From NCBI GenBank assembly GCA_017857235.1, contig JAFMDN010000002.1, positions 13,541 through 77,540 on the forward strand: DNA of 64,000 nucleotides, written 5' to 3'. The stretch comes from Methanobacteriota archaeon (lineage in GTDB: Archaea; Thermoplasmatota; Thermoplasmata; Thermoplasmatales; GCA-001856825). A model generated the notes under the pieces. The model made no database searches. It was not told the origin of the DNA and was given only the letters and a program-made list of their open reading frames with translations. Both the position numbers and the translations under genes were made by a program. Positions 10,464 through 19,675 of the stretch are shown here, piece after piece. How positions within the stretch are numbered: position 1 is the stretch's first letter; the number at the start of each line of letters is the position of its first letter.

Positions 10464-10750
10464 GCCCTTTTTAGATGAACTGGGTGTGATATCACAATTT
10501 TCTCCTTTCCTCCATCGTTTATCTTTATAATATAAGCGTCTCCCCTTACTCCCTCAACTATCCCTGTATAGCCTTGGAATCTCTTGAACGGCATGCCATT
10601 GTGGTATGATGGCTCGATATCTATTGCTACCCTATCCCCTACCTGGAAAGCCTTAACTAACCTATTTACTGGTATGGGACCTCTTTCACTTAATCTCTTT
10701 CGTATCTTGCTCCTAGTCTTGGCTCTTGGTCCATGTGACATCTTTGCCAT
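10460..10750 (-). CDS. rpl21e: 50S ribosomal protein L21e
   Basis: SHGPR.KTR, GMPFKRFQG.TG, HPVHLK. Confidence 0.96.
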   Translation of the reverse strand: MAKMSHGPRAKTRSKIRKRLSERGPIPVNRLVKAFQVGDRVAIDIEPSYHNGMPFKRFQGYTGIVEGVRGDAYIIKINDGGKEKIVISHPVHLKRA

Positions 10751-10762
10751 AGGAATCTACCC

Positions 10763-11821
10763 CTAATTGACTTCTAATACATTAAGATAATCTATTTTAA
10801 TGTTTACCCCGAGTATAGATGAAAGTGAGGGTGTCGTCCTACCATTATCTCCGTGTATGAATTCCTTTATATAAGTTCCGCTGGAGGCTTTTATTTTAAT
10901 CTTGGCTTGAGGGTGTTTGTAATCCACCAGTTCAATGGAATAGATTAACTTGCGCCTTACGAGATCTGATCTTGACCTTAAAACCCTGTTAGGAGTCCTT
11001 TGCAATATTTCCAAATTCTTTATATTTTCTAATTTTAATTCCAAGTTTTCGATGGGCTTTTCAAATTCTATGGATACCTCGTACAATTTATCATGCACCT
11101 CTTCCTTCATCTTTTCTACTTCCTCTTGTTTCGAAATATGCAACCCAATAACCTCTATTGCACCTTGAGAGAAATCTCTTATCTCATCTGCGATCTTTTC
11201 AAGATTTGAATTTCTCTTGGTTGGTTTGAGTACTTCCACATAGAATGGCCTGCCGTTACCTAACATAAGGACGTCTACGTCTTCTCTTCCCGAAGCGAAG
11301 AAATTATAATCTTTGCCTTCAAAATTTTTTGTTATTGGGATCCCTATAAATTCAGAAACGGACAGCGATTCATTTACATTGGGGTGTATCCATGGGGATT
11401 GGGGTATTCCTCTTTTCAATTTTAAATACCTGCCTGCCACGTATAATGGTTTTATTTCCAGTTCTGTAGAGAAGTTTTCCATGTTGATTTTGAATGCAAG
11501 TTCCGGAGACTTAAAATCAACTGTTTTTCCTGTCAATTTCTCTAACTTCATTCCTAGTAAAGAATTAAAATGGTGTTTTAAACTCCGACCTTTAGGAAAT
11601 TGTTCACTCAATATAGATGAATCCAGTTCTACCTTCTGTTCTGGAAAGGAACTTCCAATTAGAAATGTGAAAAATTCATATTTGCTTGTTTCATTTAAAA
11701 ATAAATCAACTAACTGATCTATTTTTGTAAAAGCATTATTGCAGATATAACATTGAGTACCTTCTTCAAATCCTTTGGGTATCCCACCATATCTTCGAAT
11801 GCATTCTTGGCAGATTTGCAT
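10763..11821 (-). CDS. pus10: tRNA pseudouridine 54/55 synthase Pus10
   Basis: GRYLK..R.IPQ, SGREDVDV.MLGNGRPF, QRTP.RV, GTYIKEFIHGD.GRT.PS. Confidence 0.94.
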   Translation of the reverse strand: MQICQECIRRYGGIPKGFEEGTQCYICNNAFTKIDQLVDLFLNETSKYEFFTFLIGSSFPEQKVELDSSILSEQFPKGRSLKHHFNSLLGMKLEKLTGKTVDFKSPELAFKINMENFSTELEIKPLYVAGRYLKLKRGIPQSPWIHPNVNESLSVSEFIGIPITKNFEGKDYNFFASGREDVDVLMLGNGRPFYVEVLKPTKRNSNLEKIADEIRDFSQGAIEVIGLHISKQEEVEKMKEEVHDKLYEVSIEFEKPIENLELKLENIKNLEILQRTPNRVLRSRSDLVRRKLIYSIELVDYKHPQAKIKIKASSGTYIKEFIHGDNGRTTPSLSSILGVNIKIDYLNVLEVN

Positions 11822-11953
11822 TTATTTGACTTCTACCACTTTTATCGTATTAGAAGGTATTCTAACGAATACCTTGGACCCACACTCGCATTCAAATTGT
11901 GAGGTATCGCGTTCGTCTTTCAGTTCTCTACCGCACCTCACACATTTAAACAT
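11822..11953 (-). CDS. rpo12: RNA polymerase subunit P (Rpo12), 43 aa, missing from the ORF track
   Basis: Hand translation MFKCVRCGRELKDERDTSQFECECGSKVFVRIPSNTIKVVEVK*; Zn ribbon; conserved position after L37ae. Confidence 0.88.
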   Translation of the reverse strand: MFKCVRCGRELKDERDTSQFECECGSKVFVRIPSNTIKVVEVK

Positions 11954-12203
11954 TTTCTAAATTCACTCTCCTAAATTCTTTGTTTACTTCAGGAGAATAA
12001 GCGTCACCGACGAAAGTGAAACCACATTTTCTGCAACCCCATATACCAGTGCTTTCCCTTTTAACAGATACGTGGTGACATCTCGGGCAGAGGTAAGTTG
12101 ACTTTCTCAATTCCTCAATTTCCAGCCACCTTTTCCTCATGGTGGATCCGTATCTTGCACCGAATCTCCCTGCGCTACCTACCTTCCTTGTCCTTTTGCT
12201 CAT
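11946..12203 (-). CDS. rpl37ae: 50S ribosomal protein L37ae
   Basis: KVGSAGRFGARYG, CPRC...TGIW.C.KCG; ATG at 12203 follows a GGAGGTGA SD. Confidence 0.95.
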   Translation of the reverse strand: MSKRTRKVGSAGRFGARYGSTMRKRWLEIEELRKSTYLCPRCHHVSVKRESTGIWGCRKCGFTFVGDAYSPEVNKEFRRVNLENV

Positions 12204-12208
12204 ATAGT

Positions 12209-12994
12209 TCACCTCCCGAATAATCTCTTCCTAATATCTTTTCCTATCTCAATTGATTTATCGATTGCATTATATACTTCTTCCTGAGTAAAACTTCCTG
12301 ATAGACCTTTCTGCATTGCAACTATATTTCCATTTTCATCTGTCGCAATAGACAATCTTGCAGAGGAAACTTCTTCCTCTTCTAAACTCGGATCGACAAA
12401 AAGCTGTTTGCCAATTTTAACAAAGGTTGTGATAACGGGAACATGATTTACTGGTAGGGAAAAATCTTCCAGTCCATACCTTGAACCTGGAACTGTCGTA
12501 TTAAGAAGTGCTGCAACTGCGCCAAATTGACTTGCATCTATAAGGTTTCCATCATAATCTAAGACATGTATGTCTACATATACAATCCATACCTTTTCTC
12601 CTGGAGTAATTACTAACTTTTCTAGGTCTATCATCTTAGATTCCCTTATGGATCTATCAACAACCCTTGCCAATTCAATTGAATCTTCATTTGGAGGACC
12701 TGCTTCAAATGTGGGTGAGGCCATTGGAATTAATTCAGCGTTTGTGGTTAAAACCCCCTGGTTAGGGGTGTCTGGAAAAGGTTCACCCGGTTCGATTTTT
12801 ACTCCTACAAGAACTCTTGTCTTACCAAGTTTAACATCGGCACTTCCTTCAGCCCTCAATACGTAATTTGGAGTTATTACAATGGGACGATATTCAGTTG
12901 GGCTTCTTCCATCTATTCTAGTTCCTTTTGAAGATATCTTTTCTAGATAGTCCCTTTTAAGTCCATAAACTATCTCGTCTGATCCTTTACTCAC
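12209..12994 (-). CDS. rrp42: exosome complex component Rrp42
   Basis: [41 protein letters not shown]. Confidence 0.96.
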   Translation of the reverse strand: MSKGSDEIVYGLKRDYLEKISSKGTRIDGRSPTEYRPIVITPNYVLRAEGSADVKLGKTRVLVGVKIEPGEPFPDTPNQGVLTTNAELIPMASPTFEAGPPNEDSIELARVVDRSIRESKMIDLEKLVITPGEKVWIVYVDIHVLDYDGNLIDASQFGAVAALLNTTVPGSRYGLEDFSLPVNHVPVITTFVKIGKQLFVDPSLEEEEVSSARLSIATDENGNIVAMQKGLSGSFTQEEVYNAIDKSIEIGKDIRKRLFGR

Positions 12995-13760
12995 CCTTGT
13001 TCACCTCCGCATTCAAGTTCTCTTCAGCTTTTTGTATTTCACCTTTTTCATACTTTGCCCTCAATGCTTCCTTTTGAAGATTTGAAATAAACAGAGCAGC
13101 CTTCTTAGCCATTTCTATAGCCTGCCTGACCTCTTCCCTTGTCATGTTACCATCCATCTGCATCAAAACAATTTCCTGGGTTCTAGGTATGATTGCTAAT
13201 GGTAAATCTGCTTCACCATAGTTATCTTCTTCTTTATTTAGGTCAAGGACTATTTTTCCATCTATTTTACCCGCTGCGCAACCCACCACTAAATCCTTCA
13301 TCGGAATTCCTGCATCTGCAAGTGCCACAGAAGCTGCTGTCAGACCTGCAATCCTTGTACCAGCATCGGCCTGCAAAACTTCTATATAGACATCAATGCT
13401 TGTTCTTGGGAATTGTTCCACAAATATAGATGCTTCCAATGCTTCTGAAATCACTTTGCTTATTTCAATTGCCCTTCTGTCAGGCCCCGGTCTTTTTCTT
13501 TCATCGACCGAAAACGCTGCCATGTTATACCTTGCATTTACGATAGCCCTTGATGGATTTTGCGTGTGTTTAGGGAATGCCTCCCTTGGCCCGTAAACTG
13601 CCGCTAATATTTTATTTCCTCCCCATTCAATATACGCAGATCCATCTGCCCTGTTTAAAACTCCAACTTCTATCTTTATTGGTCTTAATTCATCAGGTTT
13701 CCTTCCGTCTATTCTCAAACCATTTTCATCTATCAATTTAATATCCGATTGCATACCCAT
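12987..13760 (-). CDS. rrp41: exosome complex exonuclease Rrp41
   Basis: RIDGR..DELR, ADGSAY, YNMAAFS..ERK.P.PDRR, QADAGTR, EED.YG.AD; ATG at 13760 follows a GGTGA SD. Confidence 0.97.
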   Translation of the reverse strand: MGMQSDIKLIDENGLRIDGRKPDELRPIKIEVGVLNRADGSAYIEWGGNKILAAVYGPREAFPKHTQNPSRAIVNARYNMAAFSVDERKRPGPDRRAIEISKVISEALEASIFVEQFPRTSIDVYIEVLQADAGTRIAGLTAASVALADAGIPMKDLVVGCAAGKIDGKIVLDLNKEEDNYGEADLPLAIIPRTQEIVLMQMDGNMTREEVRQAIEMAKKAALFISNLQKEALRAKYEKGEIQKAEENLNAEVNKGE

Positions 13761-13765
13761 GAAAA

Positions 13766-14428
13766 TCACCTTGATTTTTCAAGTCTACTCCTTACTGCAT
13801 CTGTTAGTCCTGATGCAGTTGATTCTTCCTCAATAAATTTCAGGATCTTTATAACCTCAAGTACCTTTTCTGGCTCTCCATCTAACCATACGACACCGTT
13901 TTGACCCAGCTGAATTTTAACTCCCGTACTCTCTTTTATCATATTTACCATAGAACCTCCCTTACCTATAATCCTAGAAACTTTGCTAGGCTGAACCGTT
14001 ATTATATGACCGCCTTCAATCTTCCTCAGACCTGGTTCCTTAATTGATAGCCAAATTTGCCTAGACTCCGTTATTTCATTTATCTTCGCATATACAGTAT
14101 CCCCAACATTCAGTATTTTTCCTAATTCTCCGGATGCAGGCTTCCAAGGGGTGTCATTTACATGGAGAAATGCGGGATATGGACTGTTTATATCTAAAAC
14201 CCAAAAAGAAGGAGCAATCTCGATAACCTTTGCAATCACCTTATCGTTTTTCGATGGAAAATACTTCCCGGATAGAGGTATTACATTGACGAAGTTATTG
14301 TAAACTTGGATCAGACCAAGCTGATAAGAATAATATTTTCCATCCTCAAAATATAATCCGTTGCCTTGTTTGAAGCCATTTATATCGATTTCCTCGCCTG
14401 GTAATACAATTTTTTTGCTTAGATCCAA
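13766..14428 (-). CDS. rrp4: exosome complex RNA-binding protein Rrp4
   Basis: S1 + KH domains ([15 protein letters not shown]), SGLTD; TTG start after an SD. Confidence 0.95.
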   Translation of the reverse strand: MDLSKKIVLPGEEIDINGFKQGNGLYFEDGKYYSYQLGLIQVYNNFVNVIPLSGKYFPSKNDKVIAKVIEIAPSFWVLDINSPYPAFLHVNDTPWKPASGELGKILNVGDTVYAKINEITESRQIWLSIKEPGLRKIEGGHIITVQPSKVSRIIGKGGSMVNMIKESTGVKIQLGQNGVVWLDGEPEKVLEVIKILKFIEEESTASGLTDAVRSRLEKSR

Positions 14429-14443
14429 TTCAGAACACCTTCC

Positions 14444-15139
14444 TTACTTTAATATCTTTATTTCAGAATTTCCCTTAGTTCTCTTATTTACTACCTCGAA
14501 AACTTGATCCTGTATTCCTGCAGGGATTTCAAGTACCATGGTATAGCTGCCGTCATTACCCCAATTCTCTGATTTGATTTCACCCATTCTTGTCAACTCT
14601 GAATACAATTTCCCATAATCACTTCCTGGTATTTTTATTTGAAGCTTTACATGTTCAAATCTAATGGGAAGAATTACCTTTATAGCTTTAAGCACATCTT
14701 GAATCTGTTCTTCAGCAGTTTTAAATGGATCAACTCTGACCTTTGCTTCCTCCATGGCCTTTTCAATTCTGTGCGGAGGATGCGGGGCTCCGGTTTGCGG
14801 GTTCAAAGATTCTCTGGCAATTATTTCAATTATCTGTCTTTTTCTCTCTTCCGTCATTTTCCGCCTTTGTTCAGTAGTTAGTTGAACCTGCCCTTTTTTA
14901 ATTATATCCTTTACTACTTCATTTATATCTGTGGTACCAAATGCCTCTCTTATGGATTCTTCGCTTGCTTTGTCTCCCTTGGCATGATCTTTGAATATGG
15001 TATCAATTGCCATGTATTCTCTGACGTCAACGTTCTTTCCGGATTTTATAAGATCAACCAATTTCTGGTCGATTAATATCTCAAACTTATGACCCTTAGT
15101 TTCATATCGGGCTACCAAAGCGTCTTCAACCCGTACCAT
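14444..15139 (-). CDS. ribosome maturation factor SBDS/Sdo1
   Basis: G.KFEIL, QLT.EQRR, NPQT..PHPP.RIE.AM. Confidence 0.95.
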   Translation of the reverse strand: MVRVEDALVARYETKGHKFEILIDQKLVDLIKSGKNVDVREYMAIDTIFKDHAKGDKASEESIREAFGTTDINEVVKDIIKKGQVQLTTEQRRKMTEERKRQIIEIIARESLNPQTGAPHPPHRIEKAMEEAKVRVDPFKTAEEQIQDVLKAIKVILPIRFEHVKLQIKIPGSDYGKLYSELTRMGEIKSENWGNDGSYTMVLEIPAGIQDQVFEVVNKRTKGNSEIKILK

Positions 15140-15153
15140 CTTTACCCCTTATA

Positions 15154-15861
15154 TTATATATTAAACAACCTCTTTAATTCTTCCTGTGACATTATTTTGA
15201 ATTTCTCTCCTTGATTGATATATCCTGCACTTATGGTACCCAGGCTCTGACCTTGTTCCAATCCTGCTTTTAATGCCTTCAATGCTAAACTGGCAGCCTC
15301 TTGCAGGTTCATGCCTTCTTTATATTCTTTCTCCAGTATTTCAATAGCTTGGTCCCTTCCAGCCCCAATGGCATCTGCTTTGTAACCTGTACTTAATCCA
15401 CTTGGATCTGTTTCAAATAAATGTGGACCGGTGTCATCAATTCCACCTATGAGCAAGGAAGCTCCGAAAGGCCTTACTCCCCCATACTGGGTGTATTGTT
15501 GCAGCAGGTCGCAGACTTTCTTTACTAAAGCTTCCACCGTGACATTCTGTCCATATGTTAACTTTTCTGATTGTGCTTGAACTCTGGCATAGTCTATAAG
15601 TATCCTTGCATCACCTATGAGTCCTGATGTGGCTGCTCCAATCTGCTCATCAATTACGAATATCTTCTCTATGCTACTCTCTTCAATTAATGGACTTTTA
15701 ATTCTCTTATCCGCGAGGAGTATAACACCTGTCTTATAAACAACTCCTACCGCAGTAGTACCTCTTTTAACTGCCTCTCTTGCATATTCTACTTGAAATA
15801 GCCTACCGTCAGGAGAGAAAACAGTAATAGCTCTATCATAAGCCATTTGTGCTGATTGCAT
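15154..15861 (-). CDS. psmA: proteasome subunit alpha
   Basis: YDRAITVFSPDGRLFQVEYAREAVKRG, YTQYGGVRPFG. Confidence 0.97.
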   Translation of the reverse strand: MQSAQMAYDRAITVFSPDGRLFQVEYAREAVKRGTTAVGVVYKTGVILLADKRIKSPLIEESSIEKIFVIDEQIGAATSGLIGDARILIDYARVQAQSEKLTYGQNVTVEALVKKVCDLLQQYTQYGGVRPFGASLLIGGIDDTGPHLFETDPSGLSTGYKADAIGAGRDQAIEILEKEYKEGMNLQEAASLALKALKAGLEQGQSLGTISAGYINQGEKFKIMSQEELKRLFNI

Positions 15862-15926
15862 TTCTTCACCTTCTTAATCATGAATTGAAACTATTTAAAA
15901 ACCTTTATCATTTATCCTTTGCTAGA

Positions 15927-16658
15927 TTACTTATTTATATTGAAGATTTGAAGATATTCTTCCTCAATGAAATGCAAGGTGCTCGGAAGAACTAAGGTAA
16001 TAGGAACTTCAGGATCTTTTGATAATAATTCTTCAATTTTACCGAACAATATTGATTCAGATTCTCTCCCAAGATTTGAAATAACCACTAATTTAGTTTC
16101 TTTGGTAAATAATTGCTGCCTCTTTTCTGATTCCATCTCTAGTAATTCCCCCAGGGCATCCTTTAGTGAAAGTGGTGGAACTGTATCAAGCAAAATTATC
16201 GTATGTAGTCCTGTTGTGAAATTTCTCAGTATCTTATCATAGGATGAATATGGTCTAAATTTCTCTGTGAATCTCGGTAACGAAACCGGTGGCCCTACTT
16301 TGTACACATGAAGACCGACCCTTGTAGCTGCCAGCGGAAATATTGTTGAATTATGATAGATCTTAGAATTGATTCCCCTTTTTACTGCTTCTAGATATAT
16401 ATTGTAATGAGTCGTAGCTACAGTTATGTCCCCTGGAGATACTATGGATACTTTTCCATTTAATTCAAAAATCCAGTTGAAATCCTCCAGCATTTCTCTA
16501 TTTGCTATTATTAATTTCTTTGATTCAAATTCTTTCATAAAATTTGGAGATGTATAGGAATCTACTATAATATAATCTGATTCCCTCATAAAATTTAATT
16601 CTTCCAGTGTTAGGCTATGAGGTGGATTAAAACCTGCAGAGATAAAACCAACTATCAT
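15927..16658 (-). CDS. dph5: diphthine synthase
   Basis: DSYTS, GD..VATTH, GLH.YK.G..VSLP, GLHT.ILLD, LHFIEEE. Probable start is ATG 16658, in ATGA overlap with the upstream gene (ORF track starts at 16706). Confidence 0.88.
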   Translation of the reverse strand: MIVGFISAGFNPPHSLTLEELNFMRESDYIIVDSYTSPNFMKEFESKKLIIANREMLEDFNWIFELNGKVSIVSPGDITVATTHYNIYLEAVKRGINSKIYHNSTIFPLAATRVGLHVYKVGPPVSLPRFTEKFRPYSSYDKILRNFTTGLHTIILLDTVPPLSLKDALGELLEMESEKRQQLFTKETKLVVISNLGRESESILFGKIEELLSKDPEVPITLVLPSTLHFIEEEYLQIFNINK

Positions 16659-17374
16659 AACAAATCCCCCAAATTTCCTAAATCTATAATACCATATGGC
16701 TCCCAAAGACCATATACCCTTGCACTGTTTATATCTACTCCTTTCAAAACTGGAGACATAATATCTGATTTAAGCATATCAGAGCCACCAGCAAATATTG
16801 ATAATGCAGGCAATACTATCAATTTCTTATCCTTGAAAAAGAGAAAGCATGGGATTTTAACTACCGATCCTACGCTATCCCTCAGTCCTACGGAAGGGTG
16901 TTCATTTCCTATAATTGCAAATTCCTTCCATCTGAATCTTTTATGACCATGATGAAAAACATATCTACCTTCTTGATACTTTTCATAAACTTTTATGTTA
17001 AGTTTTGATGCTATATTTGCTACGTAATTATCATGATTACCTTTAACTACTATTGCCTCCGATCTTTTTGATATTATCTCCAGAAGTTTGTAAACATCCT
17101 GCCATTCTTGTGGGGTATTCTTGGAAAATTCGTGCTTTAGGTCTCCGTTAATTATGAATTTAGATGGATTGTACTTGTCCATGATCTCCTCAACCGTATT
17201 GTAAATTATGTCTGATTGTACCCTTGGGAGGAATATACCATTCTTTGCCAGTACTTCTTCATAGCCCAGATGAATATCTGATACAACAACAGCTCCTATA
17301 TCCTCTAAATATGCAGCACCGAATCTCGTTAGATATAAATAATCTGCAACTTCTATTTCTTCCATTTCTTCCAC
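16655..17374 (-). CDS. metallophosphoesterase (archaeal SbcD/Mre11-related family)
   Basis: SDIHLGYE, NGDLKHEF, GNHD, HGH, EHP motifs. Confidence 0.87.
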   Translation of the reverse strand: MEEMEEIEVADYLYLTRFGAAYLEDIGAVVVSDIHLGYEEVLAKNGIFLPRVQSDIIYNTVEEIMDKYNPSKFIINGDLKHEFSKNTPQEWQDVYKLLEIISKRSEAIVVKGNHDNYVANIASKLNIKVYEKYQEGRYVFHHGHKRFRWKEFAIIGNEHPSVGLRDSVGSVVKIPCFLFFKDKKLIVLPALSIFAGGSDMLKSDIMSPVLKGVDINSARVYGLWEPYGIIDLGNLGDLL

Positions 17375-17406
17375 TATTCTTTTAAAATACTTTTATTTAA
17401 CTTATT

Positions 17407-18282
17407 GTGAAGATTAAAGATCTAGGTGAAAGTAAAATTATAGAAAAGATTTGGGAATTTCTTGGAAGGGAAAATGAAAATGAGGATGTTCATTTCTTTT
17501 TGCAGGGCAATAAATATTTATTAGTTGCTATGGACACACTTAATGAAAACATTCACTTTAGAAGGGATTGGGATCCCTTCAAAATAGGTAAATTCTTGGT
17601 AGATATCAACATGAGCGATATAATTTCTAAAAATGGGCTCGGCTTACAAATGATGGCCTCATTCACATTCCCTCGTGATCTGGATTATGATTGGGTTGAA
17701 GGGCTGACTGAGGGAATTTTTAAAGAACTAGAAAAGTTCAAAGTAACTTATGAAGGGGGGGATATGAAAGAGGGGGAAAAAATATCCTTGACAGGACTTA
17801 TAATAGGTGAAGTTGAGAAGGGTAGAGAAATCAGGAGAAAGGGAGTGGAGCCTGGAGATTATATTTATATCACAAATAAAATAGGAAAACAGTATCTTGA
17901 ATACCTGAAATATTTAAACGGAAGTTCAAATGGCGAAGGTATTATAGATGTTGATGTTTCATATGATAAGCTGAAAAATATCATGAAATACTCTCCAAAA
18001 GCAGCCATGGATGATTCAGATGGACCATTTAAATCACTCGCGATTTTATCTAATTTGAACAAGGTCAAAATAAAACTTGAAAACAATGTATGTATAGTTG
18101 ATGATTATAAAAATTGCTATTCCTTTGGAGGAGACTATGAATTAATATTTTCAAGCAGTATTTTTACTAAAGACCTCCCACTTTTAGCTAGGGCTTACGA
18201 GGGTTCTGGTTTATACGATTTTAACAATGAACCAATTGAATTGCCTGGGTATGAGCATTATGCTTTTAAAAAACTAAAATAA
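17407..18282 (+). CDS. thiL: thiamine-monophosphate kinase
   Basis: LGE..II, D.L.E..HF, NMSDI, GGD, D.SDG, GGDYEL, GYEH. Confidence 0.88.
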   Translation: MKIKDLGESKIIEKIWEFLGRENENEDVHFFLQGNKYLLVAMDTLNENIHFRRDWDPFKIGKFLVDINMSDIISKNGLGLQMMASFTFPRDLDYDWVEGLTEGIFKELEKFKVTYEGGDMKEGEKISLTGLIIGEVEKGREIRRKGVEPGDYIYITNKIGKQYLEYLKYLNGSSNGEGIIDVDVSYDKLKNIMKYSPKAAMDDSDGPFKSLAILSNLNKVKIKLENNVCIVDDYKNCYSFGGDYELIFSSSIFTKDLPLLARAYEGSGLYDFNNEPIELPGYEHYAFKKLK

Positions 18283-18319
18283 AATAAACTTGACATGCTT
18301 TAAGTAAAATGGTGGTTTA

Positions 18320-18895
18320 GTGATTAAAAAAGCTATTTTTATAAGGCACGGGGAAAGCCTTGCCAATGTCATGAACATCATTACTGAGGACCTAGAGGGT
18401 TATCCCCTTACAGAAAGGGGGATGGAACAAGTATTATTTTCAGCGGAACAATTGAAGGGATTGAAAATAGATGGTATTATTTCTAGTCCAATTTTGAGAA
18501 CGAGGCAAACAGCCAATGCAATTGCCGATAGGCTAAATTTAACTGTGAAAATAGATACGAGAGTTAGAGAGAGTGGCCTGGGACAATACAATGGTTATAA
18601 ACTTGAAAATGTCCCTAAACTAAGTAGGGAAGATTTGGGAATGGAGTCATGGTTTTCACAGGTTAACAGGATGAGAAGCATAATTAACGATTACGAGGGA
18701 AATTATGTGGTGGTCAGCCATGCCCTTCCCATTAGGGCTGTTGTCGCAAGCTTCTTAGATTTAGATGAAAGAGAAAGTTTTGGAATAGAAATAAGGCCAG
18801 CATCAATGTCTGCAGTTGATATTGAGAATAACAAAGTGTTATCCATTGGAACACTTCTCCTTTCAGATAGAATAAGAAAAGTCTTCTCGCAATAA
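18320..18895 (+). CDS. histidine phosphatase superfamily protein (possible 2,3-BPG-dependent phosphoglycerate mutase)
   Basis: RHGES, LT..G, SSP.LR..QTA, E...G, VSH. Confidence 0.82.
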   Translation: MIKKAIFIRHGESLANVMNIITEDLEGYPLTERGMEQVLFSAEQLKGLKIDGIISSPILRTRQTANAIADRLNLTVKIDTRVRESGLGQYNGYKLENVPKLSREDLGMESWFSQVNRMRSIINDYEGNYVVVSHALPIRAVVASFLDLDERESFGIEIRPASMSAVDIENNKVLSIGTLLLSDRIRKVFSQ

Positions 18896-18897
18896 AT

Positions 18898-19314
18898 TCA
18901 ATCAAAATTTAATTCGTTTAGACCGGTTTTTTGGTTAAATTTTCTTTTAAGCACAATTTCCTCGAGCCTTACAATATGCAATTCAACTAATGGGTCTGCA
19001 ACTGCATTGAAAAAATGACCTCCTTTAACTGTGTGATCCATTGTTGCAACTGCAACATGCGCATGAACATACGGTTCATTAGAGGTTATGGATCCGTGGA
19101 ATGAAACCAATTCTCCGGCTTCCTTTATTACCTTTTTCTCATATTCTTTTCCGTTCCAATAACCTATTTCAAGCTCTTTCAGCATACCAATCCCAAAGAC
19201 AATTATGCCCGAATAGATTCCAAAATCTTCGATTAATGACTGGATTGATTCCAACACTGGTTCATCCTTCTCTATTTTCGCAATTATATTGTTTCTTTCC
19301 ATATCAGAGATCAT
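18898..19314 (-). CDS. PPC/DUF296 domain protein
   Basis: GIG, ELVS..GSI, HAH, GGH motifs. Confidence 0.88.
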   Translation of the reverse strand: MISDMERNNIIAKIEKDEPVLESIQSLIEDFGIYSGIIVFGIGMLKELEIGYWNGKEYEKKVIKEAGELVSFHGSITSNEPYVHAHVAVATMDHTVKGGHFFNAVADPLVELHIVRLEEIVLKRKFNQKTGLNELNFD

Positions 19315-19675
19315 GATACTTCAACCTGAATATGTATAAATATGGTTTCCCTTTTGAAATTGAGTTATAATTGCAATTATCACATTTATAACCTATTGTT
19401 CTCAAATTGCCATCCAGGTCAGCATTTTTAATTTCTACCAATGGAGAGCTACAAATTGGGCAAATTTCATTATTGATCAATTTCCCTTTTCCAAATTTTA
19501 TTTCAACTTCAATGTTCTTGGATTTGAAAACAACCCTTCTAATTCTTTTTGGTGATACCCTTACCCTTAATTTTCTTAACTCTTTCATTAAATTTCCTTC
19601 CCCTACTATGGATCCCTTCTTTTTTAAAATTCTAAGTATATAATTTTCCAACTGATCATCATTCAATCTAAACAT
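19304..19675 (-). CDS. hypothetical basic protein with helical N-terminus and C-terminal Zn ribbon
   Basis: CPIC...C.NC. Probable start ATG 19675 overlaps the valS stop. Confidence 0.7.
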   Translation of the reverse strand: MFRLNDDQLENYILRILKKKGSIVGEGNLMKELRKLRVRVSPKRIRRVVFKSKNIEVEIKFGKGKLINNEICPICSSPLVEIKNADLDGNLRTIGYKCDNCNYNSISKGKPYLYIFRLKYHDL

